A stretch of 30,126 bases of DNA from Rhodothermales bacterium. GTDB taxonomy: Bacteria; Bacteroidota; Rhodothermia; Rhodothermales; VXPQ01. The stretch is from positions 13,728-43,853 of the forward strand of contig JBBDTI010000026.1 of assembly GCA_040904565.1 (NCBI GenBank). The letters run 5' to 3'. The notes under the pieces are model-generated. The model was given only the letters and a program-made list of their open reading frames with translations, searched no databases and was not told the DNA's origin. Of this stretch, positions 8,250 through 17,227 are shown in pieces (the first letter of the stretch is position 1; each line of letters opens with the position of its first letter). A program made the position numbers and the translations under genes.

Positions 8250-9092
8250 ATGTCCAGTCTCAACGTCAACGACATATTGGGCAAGCTCAACGAGCTTCGC
8301 GCCGTATTCGTCCTCGGCCAGCGCGCACTCCCCTTCATCGAAGAGGTGTTCGCGTTTCTGAGCGAGGTCGCACCGCTCATGGAGGAGATTAACGCTTCCA
8401 TGATGGACAGCGCGCTCCTCGTGCCCCACGCTACGTCGCAGCTCCAGAGCATCTCCGAAGCCACCAAGACGGCGTCCGCGGAGATCCTGGACCTGATCGA
8501 CGACGTAATGGTGCAGTCCGCCCAGTACGAAGGCGAGCTCGACCGCGCCCTGCACGACGTCAAGCGCATCGAGGCGCTCGGCGTCGATACGCTTCGCATC
8601 CTTCGCGAAGCCATCCCGGATCGACCGGACGTGCTCGCACTCGTCGAACAGAACGTCGAGAACGGTGCGCTGCACGTCCACAACCTGGAAAGCAGCATCC
8701 ACGCACGCCGGACGGTTATTGGGGAGATACGCGAACAGATGAACCAGATCGCTATGTCGCTTCAGGTGCAGGATTGCACGGCCCAGCAGATCGCGTCCGT
8801 GACGCACCTCCTCGACAACATGCGCACCCGCATGGCAGAGCTGCTGGAACGTCTCGACAAGCAGTCGACGCCCACCGATTACACGCCTGACTACGACGTA
8901 CCGGAGAATGCATCCTTCAATCCCGACGCCCGATACGAAAACGCCGACGAAAAGCAGCAGGCGGCCGACGCGCTGATCGCCGCTATGCAGAAGGGTACTC
9001 ACGACGAGACGGACGCCGGCGTCGACCGCATCTTCAAGAATGCGGCCCTTGCGATGGAACTCCGCCGGCCAAACGACGGCGACGACGAATGA
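8250..9092 (+). CDS. cheZ: CheZ-like chemotaxis phosphatase
   Basis: Helical protein with LQSISEATKTASAEILDLID and SLQVQDCTAQQI (CheZ D-x3-Q motif); lies between cheY and cheA; start at ATG 8250. Confidence 0.7.
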   Translation: MSSLNVNDILGKLNELRAVFVLGQRALPFIEEVFAFLSEVAPLMEEINASMMDSALLVPHATSQLQSISEATKTASAEILDLIDDVMVQSAQYEGELDRALHDVKRIEALGVDTLRILREAIPDRPDVLALVEQNVENGALHVHNLESSIHARRTVIGEIREQMNQIAMSLQVQDCTAQQIASVTHLLDNMRTRMAELLERLDKQSTPTDYTPDYDVPENASFNPDARYENADEKQQAADALIAAMQKGTHDETDAGVDRIFKNAALAMELRRPNDGDDE

Positions 9093-9137
9093 CCGAAGCC
9101 TATCCCACCGCTCTGAAGCGTACGGTCCGAAAGACCC

Positions 9138-10823
9138 ATGTCTGAGCACGCAGTATTTTCCGAAGATATGCAGGAGGTCGTCGAGAGCTTCGTCGTCGAG
9201 ACGCAGGATATTCTCGAGGAGCTTTACGCGGATCTTCTCCGGCTAGAGGAAACGACCGATCCGTCGCTCGTAGAGCGCGTCTTTCGGGCCGTGCACACGG
9301 TCAAGGGTACGTCGTCCTTTCTCGGCCTCGACCAGCTCAACACGCTGACCCACCATTTCGAAGAAGTTCTGAACCTGCAGCGCAAGGGCAACATTTCGTT
9401 TCACCCGGAGCTCATGGACGTTCTGTTCGCGGCCTTCGATCGGATGAGCGCGCTGCTCCAGCAGGTGCTCGGTGGGGCCATCGAGCCGCTCCCGCTGGAC
9501 GACCTCCTGTCGGATCTCCAGGCGCTCGCTGAATCGGATCCCAGTGGAGACGGAGCCCTCGGAACACCGAATATGGCGGAACGGGCCGTCTCGGAGGCGC
9601 CCCGTCGTCGTTCCTCTCTCTCTCCGACCGCCCGCACCGGACGCCGCGGAGGCAGCGTCCGGATCGCCGTCGAACGACTCGACGATCTAATGTCTATCGT
9701 CGATGAACTGACGACGAGCCGAGATGCCCTCGCAAATGTCGTAACCGACCTGGAACGCGCCTACGGTCCTATTCCACAGGTTGGATGTCTGAACGACAAC
9801 ACGGCGCGCATCGAATCACTCACGACGGAGCTGCAGTCCCTCGTCGAAACGACCCGCATGGTTGCGGTCGAAAGCGTCTTCAATAAGTTTCCGCGGGTGG
9901 CGCGTGACCTCGGTCGGAGCCTGAACAAGGACATTCAGGTCGCCTGTCTGGGTGCCGAGACGCAGCTCGATCGCACCTTTGCCGAAAAGATCGGGGAAGC
10001 GCTGCTCCATCTCATCCGCAACGCCATCGATCACGGGATCGAGCCGCGAGACGAACGACTTCGCTGCGGCAAGGAGCCAGAGGGAACGATCACGCTGGAA
10101 GCCGAACACTGCGACGGGATGGTAGAAATCTCCGTGGCGGACGACGGCCGCGGCCTGGATCCCGATACCATACTCCGAAAAGCGATGGCGGCCGACCGGC
10201 TTACCCACGAACAGGCGGCGGAACTACCCGAACAGGCGGTGTTCGACCTGATCTGGGAGCACGGGTTCTCCACAACGGATGTCGCCAACCAGCTCTCGGG
10301 TCGAGGCGTGGGGATGGACGTCGTCCGCACGACGGTTTTGCACCTCGGCGGGTCGGTCGACGTGCAGTCCACCCGCGGAGAAGGTACCCGATTTACGCTT
10401 CGCATACCCAAGACGGCCACCGTCGTCCGCTCTCTGCTGGTCGCGATCGACGGCATCGCCTACGCGCTGCCACAGGATGCCGTCTCCGACGTGCTGACGG
10501 TACCACCGCATGACGTTCACAAAGACGCCATCACGGTCGACGGAATCTCCGTGCCGCTTCTACGGCCCGGCCTACGTGAGGTATCGGATGCGCGTCGTGC
10601 GGCTCCCGGCGAAGTCGTAGCTGCCGTGCTTCGATCGGACTCCGGGAATGCCGCCCTACGGGTTGCGCTCCTGCTCGATCGGCTTATCGGGCAGGCTGAT
10701 GTGTTTCACACAACCGCAGCGGACGACTCCCTTGACGCCCCACTGGCCTCTACGCGGACGGTGCTCTCCGACGGTCAGGTGGTTCCCGTGCTGGACCTCC
10801 AGCGCATCATGGCCGCATCGTGA
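9138..10823 (+). CDS. cheA: Chemotaxis histidine kinase CheA (short form, no evident P2 domain)
   Basis: HPt FRAVHTVKG; dimer domain VRIAVERLDDLM; HLIRNAIDHGIE, DDGRG, GFST, SGRGVGMDVV; C-terminal CheW-like domain. Confidence 0.95.
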   Translation: MSEHAVFSEDMQEVVESFVVETQDILEELYADLLRLEETTDPSLVERVFRAVHTVKGTSSFLGLDQLNTLTHHFEEVLNLQRKGNISFHPELMDVLFAAFDRMSALLQQVLGGAIEPLPLDDLLSDLQALAESDPSGDGALGTPNMAERAVSEAPRRRSSLSPTARTGRRGGSVRIAVERLDDLMSIVDELTTSRDALANVVTDLERAYGPIPQVGCLNDNTARIESLTTELQSLVETTRMVAVESVFNKFPRVARDLGRSLNKDIQVACLGAETQLDRTFAEKIGEALLHLIRNAIDHGIEPRDERLRCGKEPEGTITLEAEHCDGMVEISVADDGRGLDPDTILRKAMAADRLTHEQAAELPEQAVFDLIWEHGFSTTDVANQLSGRGVGMDVVRTTVLHLGGSVDVQSTRGEGTRFTLRIPKTATVVRSLLVAIDGIAYALPQDAVSDVLTVPPHDVHKDAITVDGISVPLLRPGLREVSDARRAAPGEVVAAVLRSDSGNAALRVALLLDRLIGQADVFHTTAADDSLDAPLASTRTVLSDGQVVPVLDLQRIMAAS

Positions 10824-10864
10824 TCCCGACCCGCTCCAAACGCCGTCGTCGAGACGGTCGGAAG

Positions 10865-10897
10865 GCTTAACTTTTCATTTCACAGGACGATACTTCG
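10865..10897 (+). promoter_or_regulatory. Putative sigma28 promoter upstream of motA
   Basis: GCTTAA-N15-GACGATACTTCG, both boxes identical to those at 6905-6937. Confidence 0.7.
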
Positions 10898-11065
10898 AAC
10901 ATCAGTAGCCCGTCCGTCCACCCACATGGTACGAGCACGCTGGGATTCGGGCCGGATTGCGGATTCCGCATGCAGTACCCGATATACTGCCGAACTGGTT
11001 GATCACCGCCGCGCACACCGCTTCCTCGATCTCGAGGCCGGCGTCGCAGCTAATGAGTATTCATT

Positions 11066-11863
11066 ATGGAAAAAGCGACCGTAATTGGCATCGGATCAGG
11101 CCTCGTTCTGATCTACGGTGCCATCTTCCTCGGCGAAGGCTGGCAGATGTTTTTCGATCCCGCATCAGCCGTGCTGGTGATAGGTGGGACCATCTCCGCG
11201 ATGTTCGTCACCTTCTCCCTTGCCGAACTAAAGAACGTTCCGAGTGGATTCAAAGAGTTCTTAAGCTTCGAAGAACCCGAGCTATTCAGCTACCTGCATA
11301 CCTTCGGTGAGTTTTCTCGCATCGCGAGGCGGGAAGGACTACTCGCGCTCGATCGCCAGCTCGACGAAGACACGGACGACTTCATTCGTTTCGGACTGGA
11401 GATGGCCGTCGACGGCATCGAAGAAGCGGAGATCGACGATCTGATGAAAATGCGTATGGCGGAAGAAGCTCAGAAGCGCGGCTTCGTCGGCAAGTTCTTC
11501 ACCAACGCCGGCACGTATGCCCCGGCCTTCGGCATGATCGGAACGCTGATCGGACTCATTCAGATGATGCAGAGCCTCGACGACCCGTCCAAAATCGGAG
11601 CCGGCATGGCCGTCGCTCTCATTACGACCTTTTACGGAGCGTTGCTCGCCAACCTGTTTCTGCTTCCGGTAGCCACGAAGGCCAGGACGCAGGTTCAGCT
11701 GCTCATGAAGGCACGCCAGATGGCGCGAACGGGCGTTCTCGCCATCGTTCGCGGAGAGGCCCCGAGCATGATCGAGAAACGCCTGCAATCCTACCTCGAC
11801 GAGGAGGAGGTCGCCCAGGCCGACGGCGGCACTGAAGCCAACCCGCTTTCCAAGGCCGCGTAG
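11066..11863 (+). CDS. motA: Flagellar stator protein MotA/PomA
   Basis: ARREGLLAL, APAFGMIGTLIGLI, IGAGMAVALITTFYG. Confidence 0.96.
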   Translation: MEKATVIGIGSGLVLIYGAIFLGEGWQMFFDPASAVLVIGGTISAMFVTFSLAELKNVPSGFKEFLSFEEPELFSYLHTFGEFSRIARREGLLALDRQLDEDTDDFIRFGLEMAVDGIEEAEIDDLMKMRMAEEAQKRGFVGKFFTNAGTYAPAFGMIGTLIGLIQMMQSLDDPSKIGAGMAVALITTFYGALLANLFLLPVATKARTQVQLLMKARQMARTGVLAIVRGEAPSMIEKRLQSYLDEEEVAQADGGTEANPLSKAA

Positions 11864-11880
11864 CACGCCGGAGACTCCCT

Positions 11881-12582
11881 ATGGATGAATTCATCAACAC
11901 GGAAGAGGAAGATGAAGCCCCGTCGGCTCCATTTTGGATGACGACGTTCAGCGACATGGTGACGCTCCTGCTCACCTTCTTTGTGCTGATCGTATCGATG
12001 TCCGAGGTCGAGGTCGTCAAGTTCCGAGAGGCTCTCAGCCACTTCAACGGCCAGAAGAGCATTATGGATTTCCCCTCGGTCGTCGCACCGACCGTTCCGC
12101 AGGAGAACATTGAAGAGGTCTACGAGGCGCGTGAGGTGAGTCTGGACGAACTGATCGAATATCTGCGCGAGAATAACCTGGAGGATAAGGTGCTGGTGAA
12201 TCTCACCGTCGACGGCGTGCACGTATCGATCGTCGATTCGGTGATGTTCGAATCCGGACGGGCCACCCTCCTCCCCACCGCGGAAACGATTCTGCGGAAG
12301 GTCGCCGAAGTGCTCACGCCCCTCGCTCGCAGCATTAGCGTGGAAGGCCACACCGACAATCGCCCCATCCAGACGGTGCACTTTCCGTCCAATTGGGAGC
12401 TGTCGGGGGCCCGCGCTTCCTCCGTGGTACGCTTTTTTCTAAATGAATCCACTGCGCTCGGACCCGAAAAATATCAGACCATCGGCTACGCTGAATTCAG
12501 GCCTGAAGTAAGTAACGACACGCCGGCGGGACGAGCGCGCAATCGAAGAGTCGAAATCCACTTCAGACATGCCGGAGAATAG
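11881..12582 (+). CDS. motB: Flagellar stator protein MotB/PomB
   Basis: WMTTFSDMVTLLLTFFVLI transmembrane helix with conserved Asp; OmpA-like VEGHTDN, SNWELSGARA, RARNRRVEI. Confidence 0.96.
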   Translation: MDEFINTEEEDEAPSAPFWMTTFSDMVTLLLTFFVLIVSMSEVEVVKFREALSHFNGQKSIMDFPSVVAPTVPQENIEEVYEAREVSLDELIEYLRENNLEDKVLVNLTVDGVHVSIVDSVMFESGRATLLPTAETILRKVAEVLTPLARSISVEGHTDNRPIQTVHFPSNWELSGARASSVVRFFLNESTALGPEKYQTIGYAEFRPEVSNDTPAGRARNRRVEIHFRHAGE

Positions 12583-13111
12583 CGAAATACCCGAAGAGGA
12601 GCTTCTCGACGATGTCGAGGATGTCGAGGAATCAGAAGGAGGTGGAATATTCCACCTGCTCAAGTTTCTGATTCCGATCGTGCTCTTCACGTTGGGAGGA
12701 GGCGGATATCTGGCCTATACCCAGTACGCCAACCTCGCCGAGGCTGCCGTTTCGATAGGCGTCGAATTCGGCTTTGCCGGCAAGGCGGAAGGGGAGGGAC
12801 CGATCGAGTACGGCGAATTCATGACGATCGACGACCTGTTGATAAACCCTGCCGGTTCCAGCGGAAAACGTTTCCTCGTCGTAAGCCTCGGTGTAGAATC
12901 GAAGGACTCGGGGGTGCTCGCCGAGCTGGCCGAAAAGGATATCGTCGTCCGCGACGCTATTCTCGGACTGTTCAGCGAGCGCACGGCCGACGAGCTGGCA
13001 TCGATCGACCTCCGAGGTCAGCTCAAGAAGGAAATCATCGCCGAACTCAACACAATCCTGCAGAAAGGGGAGATCGATCGCCTCTACTTCACGCAATTCC
13101 TCCTGCAGTAG
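12569..13111 (+). CDS. fliL: Flagellar basal body-associated protein FliL
   Basis: N-terminal TM helix, LLINPAG, VRDAIL, C-terminal LYFTQFLLQ. Confidence 0.92.
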   Translation: MPENSEIPEEELLDDVEDVEESEGGGIFHLLKFLIPIVLFTLGGGGYLAYTQYANLAEAAVSIGVEFGFAGKAEGEGPIEYGEFMTIDDLLINPAGSSGKRFLVVSLGVESKDSGVLAELAEKDIVVRDAILGLFSERTADELASIDLRGQLKKEIIAELNTILQKGEIDRLYFTQFLLQ

Positions 13112-13161
13112 CGGAGCATGCCCGGCGCCTGCACCTCGCCTTGTCTCAGGCCGCCTAATTG

Positions 13162-13176
13162 AGGCCTGATATTTGC
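13162..13176 (+). promoter_or_regulatory. Putative sigma54 promoter upstream of fliM
   Basis: AGGCCTGATATTTGC (GG-N10-GC), about 45 nt before the ATG; overlapped by inverted repeat tcaggcc...ggcctga (13146-13169). Confidence 0.6.
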
Positions 13177-13220
13177 GCAGACGATTCTACCGCACGAAAC
13201 GGCCTTGATTCCTATGCGAC

Positions 13221-14249
13221 ATGGCGAAACCGCTTAGCCAGGACGAAATTGATATTCTGCTGGAGGTACGAACCCAGCTGAACGACGCCGACGATTACGA
13301 TCTGGCGCAGCTGGAGTCTATGGTTGCCGCCGACTCGGATCGGCGAATCAATCCGTACAATTTCAAGCGACCTCGACTGTACGCGCAGGATCAGATGCGC
13401 GTGCTCAATCACGTTCACGAGGCCTTTGCTCGCGACCTCTCGGTCTACCTGTCGGCCCAGCTGCGAACGATCGTAGACATCAACCTGACGGCGGTCGACC
13501 AGGTACTCTACTCCGAATACGTGATGTCGAGTGCTCCTCCGTCTGCCATCTACGTCGTGGAAGTCGAGGAACTCAACCAGAAGATTATTTTCGAGCTTGA
13601 CCCGCGTCTGGTCATCTTTACGATCGAAAAGCTCTTCGGCGGGCCCGGCGTTTTCCTGCGGAAACCTCGAGAGGTCTCGCAGATCGAGCGCCGGATCATG
13701 AGCAAGGTCATGCAGCGCGCCTTTCGGGAACTGGAGAAAGCATGGCATCAGGTTTTCGACATGGCGCTCAAGGAAGTGGCCTTCGAATCGAACGCCGAGT
13801 TCGTTCAGATCATCCCCGGTGTAGAGCCCGCTCTCGTCAGCACGTTCGAAGTCGTCATCTACGAGCAGCGTTCGTTCATCAATATTTGCTACCCCTACCG
13901 CCTCCTCGAGCGCGTCCTCGGGCGAACGGGCATGAAGCAGTGGATCTCGAGCGCCACGACGCAGGTCAGTCCAGCCGTACGAGAACGCTACGAAAATACG
14001 GTACGCGGCGTCGACGTGGAGGTCCGAGCCGAGCTCGGCCGCGCGCGCCTGCCCGTTGCGGAACTGCGTGACCTGGCCGTAGGCGACGTCATCCCCCTCC
14101 GGCAAAAGATCGGAGACTCCATCCGCGTGTTCGTCGACAAACAAGACAAATTCAGAGCGGCTCCGGGACGCGCGGGGAAGCGCCGTGCGCTCCAGATCAT
14201 GGAGCTAATTGAGACTGAGCTTACACCAGAAGACAATGAGCATCGATAA
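13221..14249 (+). CDS. fliM: Flagellar motor switch protein FliM
   Basis: LSQDEIDILL CheY-binding peptide, YNFKRP, INICYPY, C-terminal SpoA domain. Confidence 0.97.
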   Translation: MAKPLSQDEIDILLEVRTQLNDADDYDLAQLESMVAADSDRRINPYNFKRPRLYAQDQMRVLNHVHEAFARDLSVYLSAQLRTIVDINLTAVDQVLYSEYVMSSAPPSAIYVVEVEELNQKIIFELDPRLVIFTIEKLFGGPGVFLRKPREVSQIERRIMSKVMQRAFRELEKAWHQVFDMALKEVAFESNAEFVQIIPGVEPALVSTFEVVIYEQRSFINICYPYRLLERVLGRTGMKQWISSATTQVSPAVRERYENTVRGVDVEVRAELGRARLPVAELRDLAVGDVIPLRQKIGDSIRVFVDKQDKFRAAPGRAGKRRALQIMELIETELTPEDNEHR

Positions 14250-15225
14250 CCTCGAAAAACGCATTACGACGGCGCAGGAGGCCCTCCGGTCATTTCTGGC
14301 GACGCTGCTTGGGAAGGACGCTCCACTCAAAGTGGGCGAGCCGGACAAGGCCGACTTCGACGACGCCAACGATCGAAGCCTGCAGAATATCTCGTTCACG
14401 GCCGGTCGCTCGAAGGAGGACCACTGGGCCGTCGTCCTCGAGCCTGAATGGCTGCCGCTCCTGTCGAAGTCGATGCTCGGAGAACCGATCGAGTTCGGTG
14501 AACCGGGTGCCGACGACCTATTGAAAGAGCTTGCCAATCAGGCCTACGGAGCCGTCCGAACCCAGCTATCGTCTGCCGGCGTCCAGTTTCCGGAAGTCGA
14601 CATTGCCTTGATGGGTGCGGATGACGAGCTGGGAGGGCACAAATTCAGCCCCGTGCTTTTCGAGGTCTCCTTCGAGATCACGATCGATGATGAGGTGCTG
14701 AAAGGTTTCGCGCTCTTCCCAGAGATCAACGACGATCCCGGGGCCATCGCGCCGGCGGAAGCCGACGAGGAAGACCTTTCGATCGGCGACCTTGACATCG
14801 AAATGGACGAGCCTTCCGAGGAGACCGCCCCTTCCGAGACGTCCCCAACGTCCGATGCCGCAACGGGAAGCGCGGGAGACAGCGATGCCTCGAAGCCGAG
14901 CGTTCAGGTTCAGCAGGCCGCGTTTCCAGACCTGGGTGGTGAATCGATCGGAGGCGACGGCTCCAATACGGGATTCGAACTCCTCGCAGAGGTCGAACTT
15001 GAAGTTACCGTCGAGCTCGGGCGCCGAAACATCCCCCTCGCAGACGTGCTGCGTCTCACGACGGGAAGCGTGATCGAACTCGAGAAACTGGTCGGTGAAC
15101 CGCTCGAAGTGTACGCGAACGGACGCCTGATCGCCGAGGGCGAGGCCGTCGTCATGGACGAGCAGTTCGGTATCCGGATCACCAATCTTGCAAACGGCCG
15201 GCCGCGGGCGAAAGCATTCGTCTAG
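14236..15225 (+). CDS. fliN: Flagellar motor switch protein FliY/FliN (CheC-like N-terminus, acidic linker, FliN domain)
   Basis: C-terminal VELEVTVELGR...GSVIELEKLVGEPLEVYANGRLIAEGEAVVMDEQFGIRIT; N-terminal DLLKELANQ; ATG 14236 overlaps the fliM end. Confidence 0.9.
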   Translation: MSIDNLEKRITTAQEALRSFLATLLGKDAPLKVGEPDKADFDDANDRSLQNISFTAGRSKEDHWAVVLEPEWLPLLSKSMLGEPIEFGEPGADDLLKELANQAYGAVRTQLSSAGVQFPEVDIALMGADDELGGHKFSPVLFEVSFEITIDDEVLKGFALFPEINDDPGAIAPAEADEEDLSIGDLDIEMDEPSEETAPSETSPTSDAATGSAGDSDASKPSVQVQQAAFPDLGGESIGGDGSNTGFELLAEVELEVTVELGRRNIPLADVLRLTTGSVIELEKLVGEPLEVYANGRLIAEGEAVVMDEQFGIRITNLANGRPRAKAFV

Positions 15226-15255
15226 ACAGATTGGATCTTCCATCTCCCCAACGCC

Positions 15256-15288
15256 TCCCCGGCCGAGTCCCCTCGGCCGGGGATTTTT
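15256..15288 (+). terminator. Rho-independent terminator after fliY/N
   Basis: tccccggccgag-tccc-ctcggccgggga followed by ttttt. Confidence 0.88.
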
Positions 15289-15406
15289 GTTTGGTCGCAG
15301 CGTTGCCGCTCCGAACGTCCTCCACGACGTCGGTGCGACACCGCGTTCCCCCACTGCACGCGTCAAGCCGATGAAGATTCGGGACGGATCGGCATCATGC
15401 CAAGGC

Positions 15407-15422
15407 TGGCATCCTTTTGGCA
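15407..15422 (+). promoter_or_regulatory. Putative sigma54 promoter upstream of fliO
   Basis: TGGCATCCTTTTGGCA (GG-N10-GC), downstream of a terminator where a new promoter is needed. Confidence 0.6.
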
Positions 15423-15508
15423 CTACTCATACCTGCTCAACAATTCGACGCCGATGATGCGTCGGACCCGAGAAACCATTCCGTAGCGACCTCCGATCAC
15501 GAAGCAAA

Positions 15509-16093
15509 ATGTTCCAGCTCTCCGAACGACTTTCCACTCAACGTGGTGCCCGTCGCCCGGCGCGGCAGTACCTGAAGCGGGCCGCGCTGTTTGGGGCCGG
15601 ACTCCTGCTGTTGTGGGTGGCCCTGCAGCTGCTTCCGGGCCAAACCTCTCCGGAAGATCTGCTCGTCTATTCTGACGATGCCGGCACGATCGCCGCACCG
15701 ACGGAGAATGCGGCAGCATCGCGAGCCCCCTCCCTCTTTACCTTCGGAAACCTCGTGGCCGTCGTTCTTCTCGGCGGCGGGGTCGTTGCTGCGATCTATC
15801 TGCGACGGCGCGCCTCCTCCGACGATCATCCAACCGCCATCACCACCATGGGGGAATGCCCCATCGGTCCGGGTCAAAGCCTGCAGCTCGTAGAATGCGC
15901 CGGCGAGATCCTGCTCCTCGGCGTAGCCTCCGGACAGATCAGCCTGCTGCGAACGTACGACGCAGACCGCTTCGACTCCGCCGTACTCAACGGTCCCACG
16001 AGCGGCGTACCCGTCAATCCACATTTCGCCGACGTGCTGCGTCGCTATTCGGGCGACCGCAGCCAACTGGAAACGAACGGGTCGACATGCTGA
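15509..16093 (+). CDS. fliO: Flagellar biosynthesis protein FliO
   Basis: Hydrophobic helices then CPIGPGQSLQLVECAGEILLLGVASGQISLL (FliO pattern); upstream of fliP. Confidence 0.85.
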   Translation: MFQLSERLSTQRGARRPARQYLKRAALFGAGLLLLWVALQLLPGQTSPEDLLVYSDDAGTIAAPTENAAASRAPSLFTFGNLVAVVLLGGGVVAAIYLRRRASSDDHPTAITTMGECPIGPGQSLQLVECAGEILLLGVASGQISLLRTYDADRFDSAVLNGPTSGVPVNPHFADVLRRYSGDRSQLETNGSTC

Positions 16094-16890
16094 CGAACGC
16101 AATCAACCGCTCCGTGCTGCCTCCGGCGGCGATATTTATCCTGTTCCTTGTCCTCGGCCTTACGGCTGACGTCGCCTCGGCGCAGTCGCTGGCCGACACG
16201 ACGGCCGCGCAGCCGACGTTCAACATCCTCCCGCAACTGGATCTCGGCGGCGAAGAGGACTACGCGCTTCCGATCCAGCTGCTTCTGCTGCTGACGGTAC
16301 TTTCGCTCGCCCCGGCCATCGTGGTCCTGATGACGAGCTTCACGAGGCTCATCGTTGTCTTCAGCATCCTCCGAACGGCACTGGGCATTCAGCAATCACC
16401 TCCCGCACAGGTGATTATCGGCCTGTCGCTCTTCCTGACGTTTTTCATCATGAACCCGGTCATCACCCAGATCCACGATGATGCGCTGCAGCCGTACGTC
16501 GCCGGGGAGATCGGCCAGAAAGACGCGCTGGATCTGGCGGCGGCACCGATGAAGAAGTTCATGCTGTCGCAGACTCGCGAGAAGGACCTGATGCTCTTCA
16601 TGGATCTCGCCGACATCGAGTCGTTCAGTACGGACGATTCCGTGCCGCTCTACGTGCTCGTACCCGGATACATCATCAGTGAGCTCCGCATCGCCTTTCA
16701 GATTGGATTCATGGTCTTCCTTCCGTTTCTGATCGTGGACCTCGTCGTGGCCAGCGTACTCATGAGCATGGGGATGATGATGCTCCCCCCCGTCATGATC
16801 TCGCTCCCGGTGAAACTGCTTTTGTTCGTGCTGACGGACGGATGGTACCTCATCGTGGAATCCGTCGTCCGAGCCTACACCGGAACCTGA
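16087..16890 (+). CDS. fliP: Flagellar export gate protein FliP
   Basis: LLLLLTVLSLAPAIVVLMTSFTR, LGIQQSPP, MSMGMMMLPPVMISLPVKLLLFVLTDGW; signal-peptide-like N-terminus; start at ATG 16087. Confidence 0.97.
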   Translation: MLTNAINRSVLPPAAIFILFLVLGLTADVASAQSLADTTAAQPTFNILPQLDLGGEEDYALPIQLLLLLTVLSLAPAIVVLMTSFTRLIVVFSILRTALGIQQSPPAQVIIGLSLFLTFFIMNPVITQIHDDALQPYVAGEIGQKDALDLAAAPMKKFMLSQTREKDLMLFMDLADIESFSTDDSVPLYVLVPGYIISELRIAFQIGFMVFLPFLIVDLVVASVLMSMGMMMLPPVMISLPVKLLLFVLTDGWYLIVESVVRAYTGT

Positions 16891-16924
16891 CCTTCCCACC
16901 GACGCAGCCGGCACCCCAACGCCC

Positions 16925-17194
16925 ATGAATTCCGACGTTGCACTCTTCTGGATCCAGGAAGCCTTGAAGACGGCTGCCTTGCTAACGGCCCCCCTCCTCG
17001 CGGCCGCGCTCGTGGTCGGCCTCATCGTCAGTCTGATCCAGGCCATTACCTCCATCCAGGAAATGACGCTGAGCTACGTACCCAAGATGGCCGTAGTGGC
17101 CCTCGTGCTGCTCTTTCTCGGGCCGTGGATGATGCAGATCCTGTCGGACTTCACGATACAGGTCCTTCAGTTCATCCCGAGCATCTCCAACTGA
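16925..17194 (+). CDS. fliQ: Flagellar export protein FliQ
   Basis: GLIVSLIQAITSIQEMTLSYVPK; 89 aa. Confidence 0.96.
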   Translation: MNSDVALFWIQEALKTAALLTAPLLAAALVVGLIVSLIQAITSIQEMTLSYVPKMAVVALVLLFLGPWMMQILSDFTIQVLQFIPSISN

Positions 17195-17227
17195 TGTCCC
17201 GCTTCATCCGATTTACCGCACGCCGCC

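Noticed and set aside
10898-11065. Long motA leader as a possible c-di-GMP riboswitch; also ORF 10957-11310
   Set aside because: I found no class I or II riboswitch consensus; the ORF overlaps motA out of frame.
15362-15375. GTCA-N6-TGAA upstream of the fliO sigma54-like site as a FleQ-like box
   Set aside because: Imperfect, and not repeated at the other sigma54-like sites.
15856-16086. N-terminal extension of FliP in the ORF track
   Set aside because: Lies inside fliO; the signal-peptide-like start at 16087 fits better.
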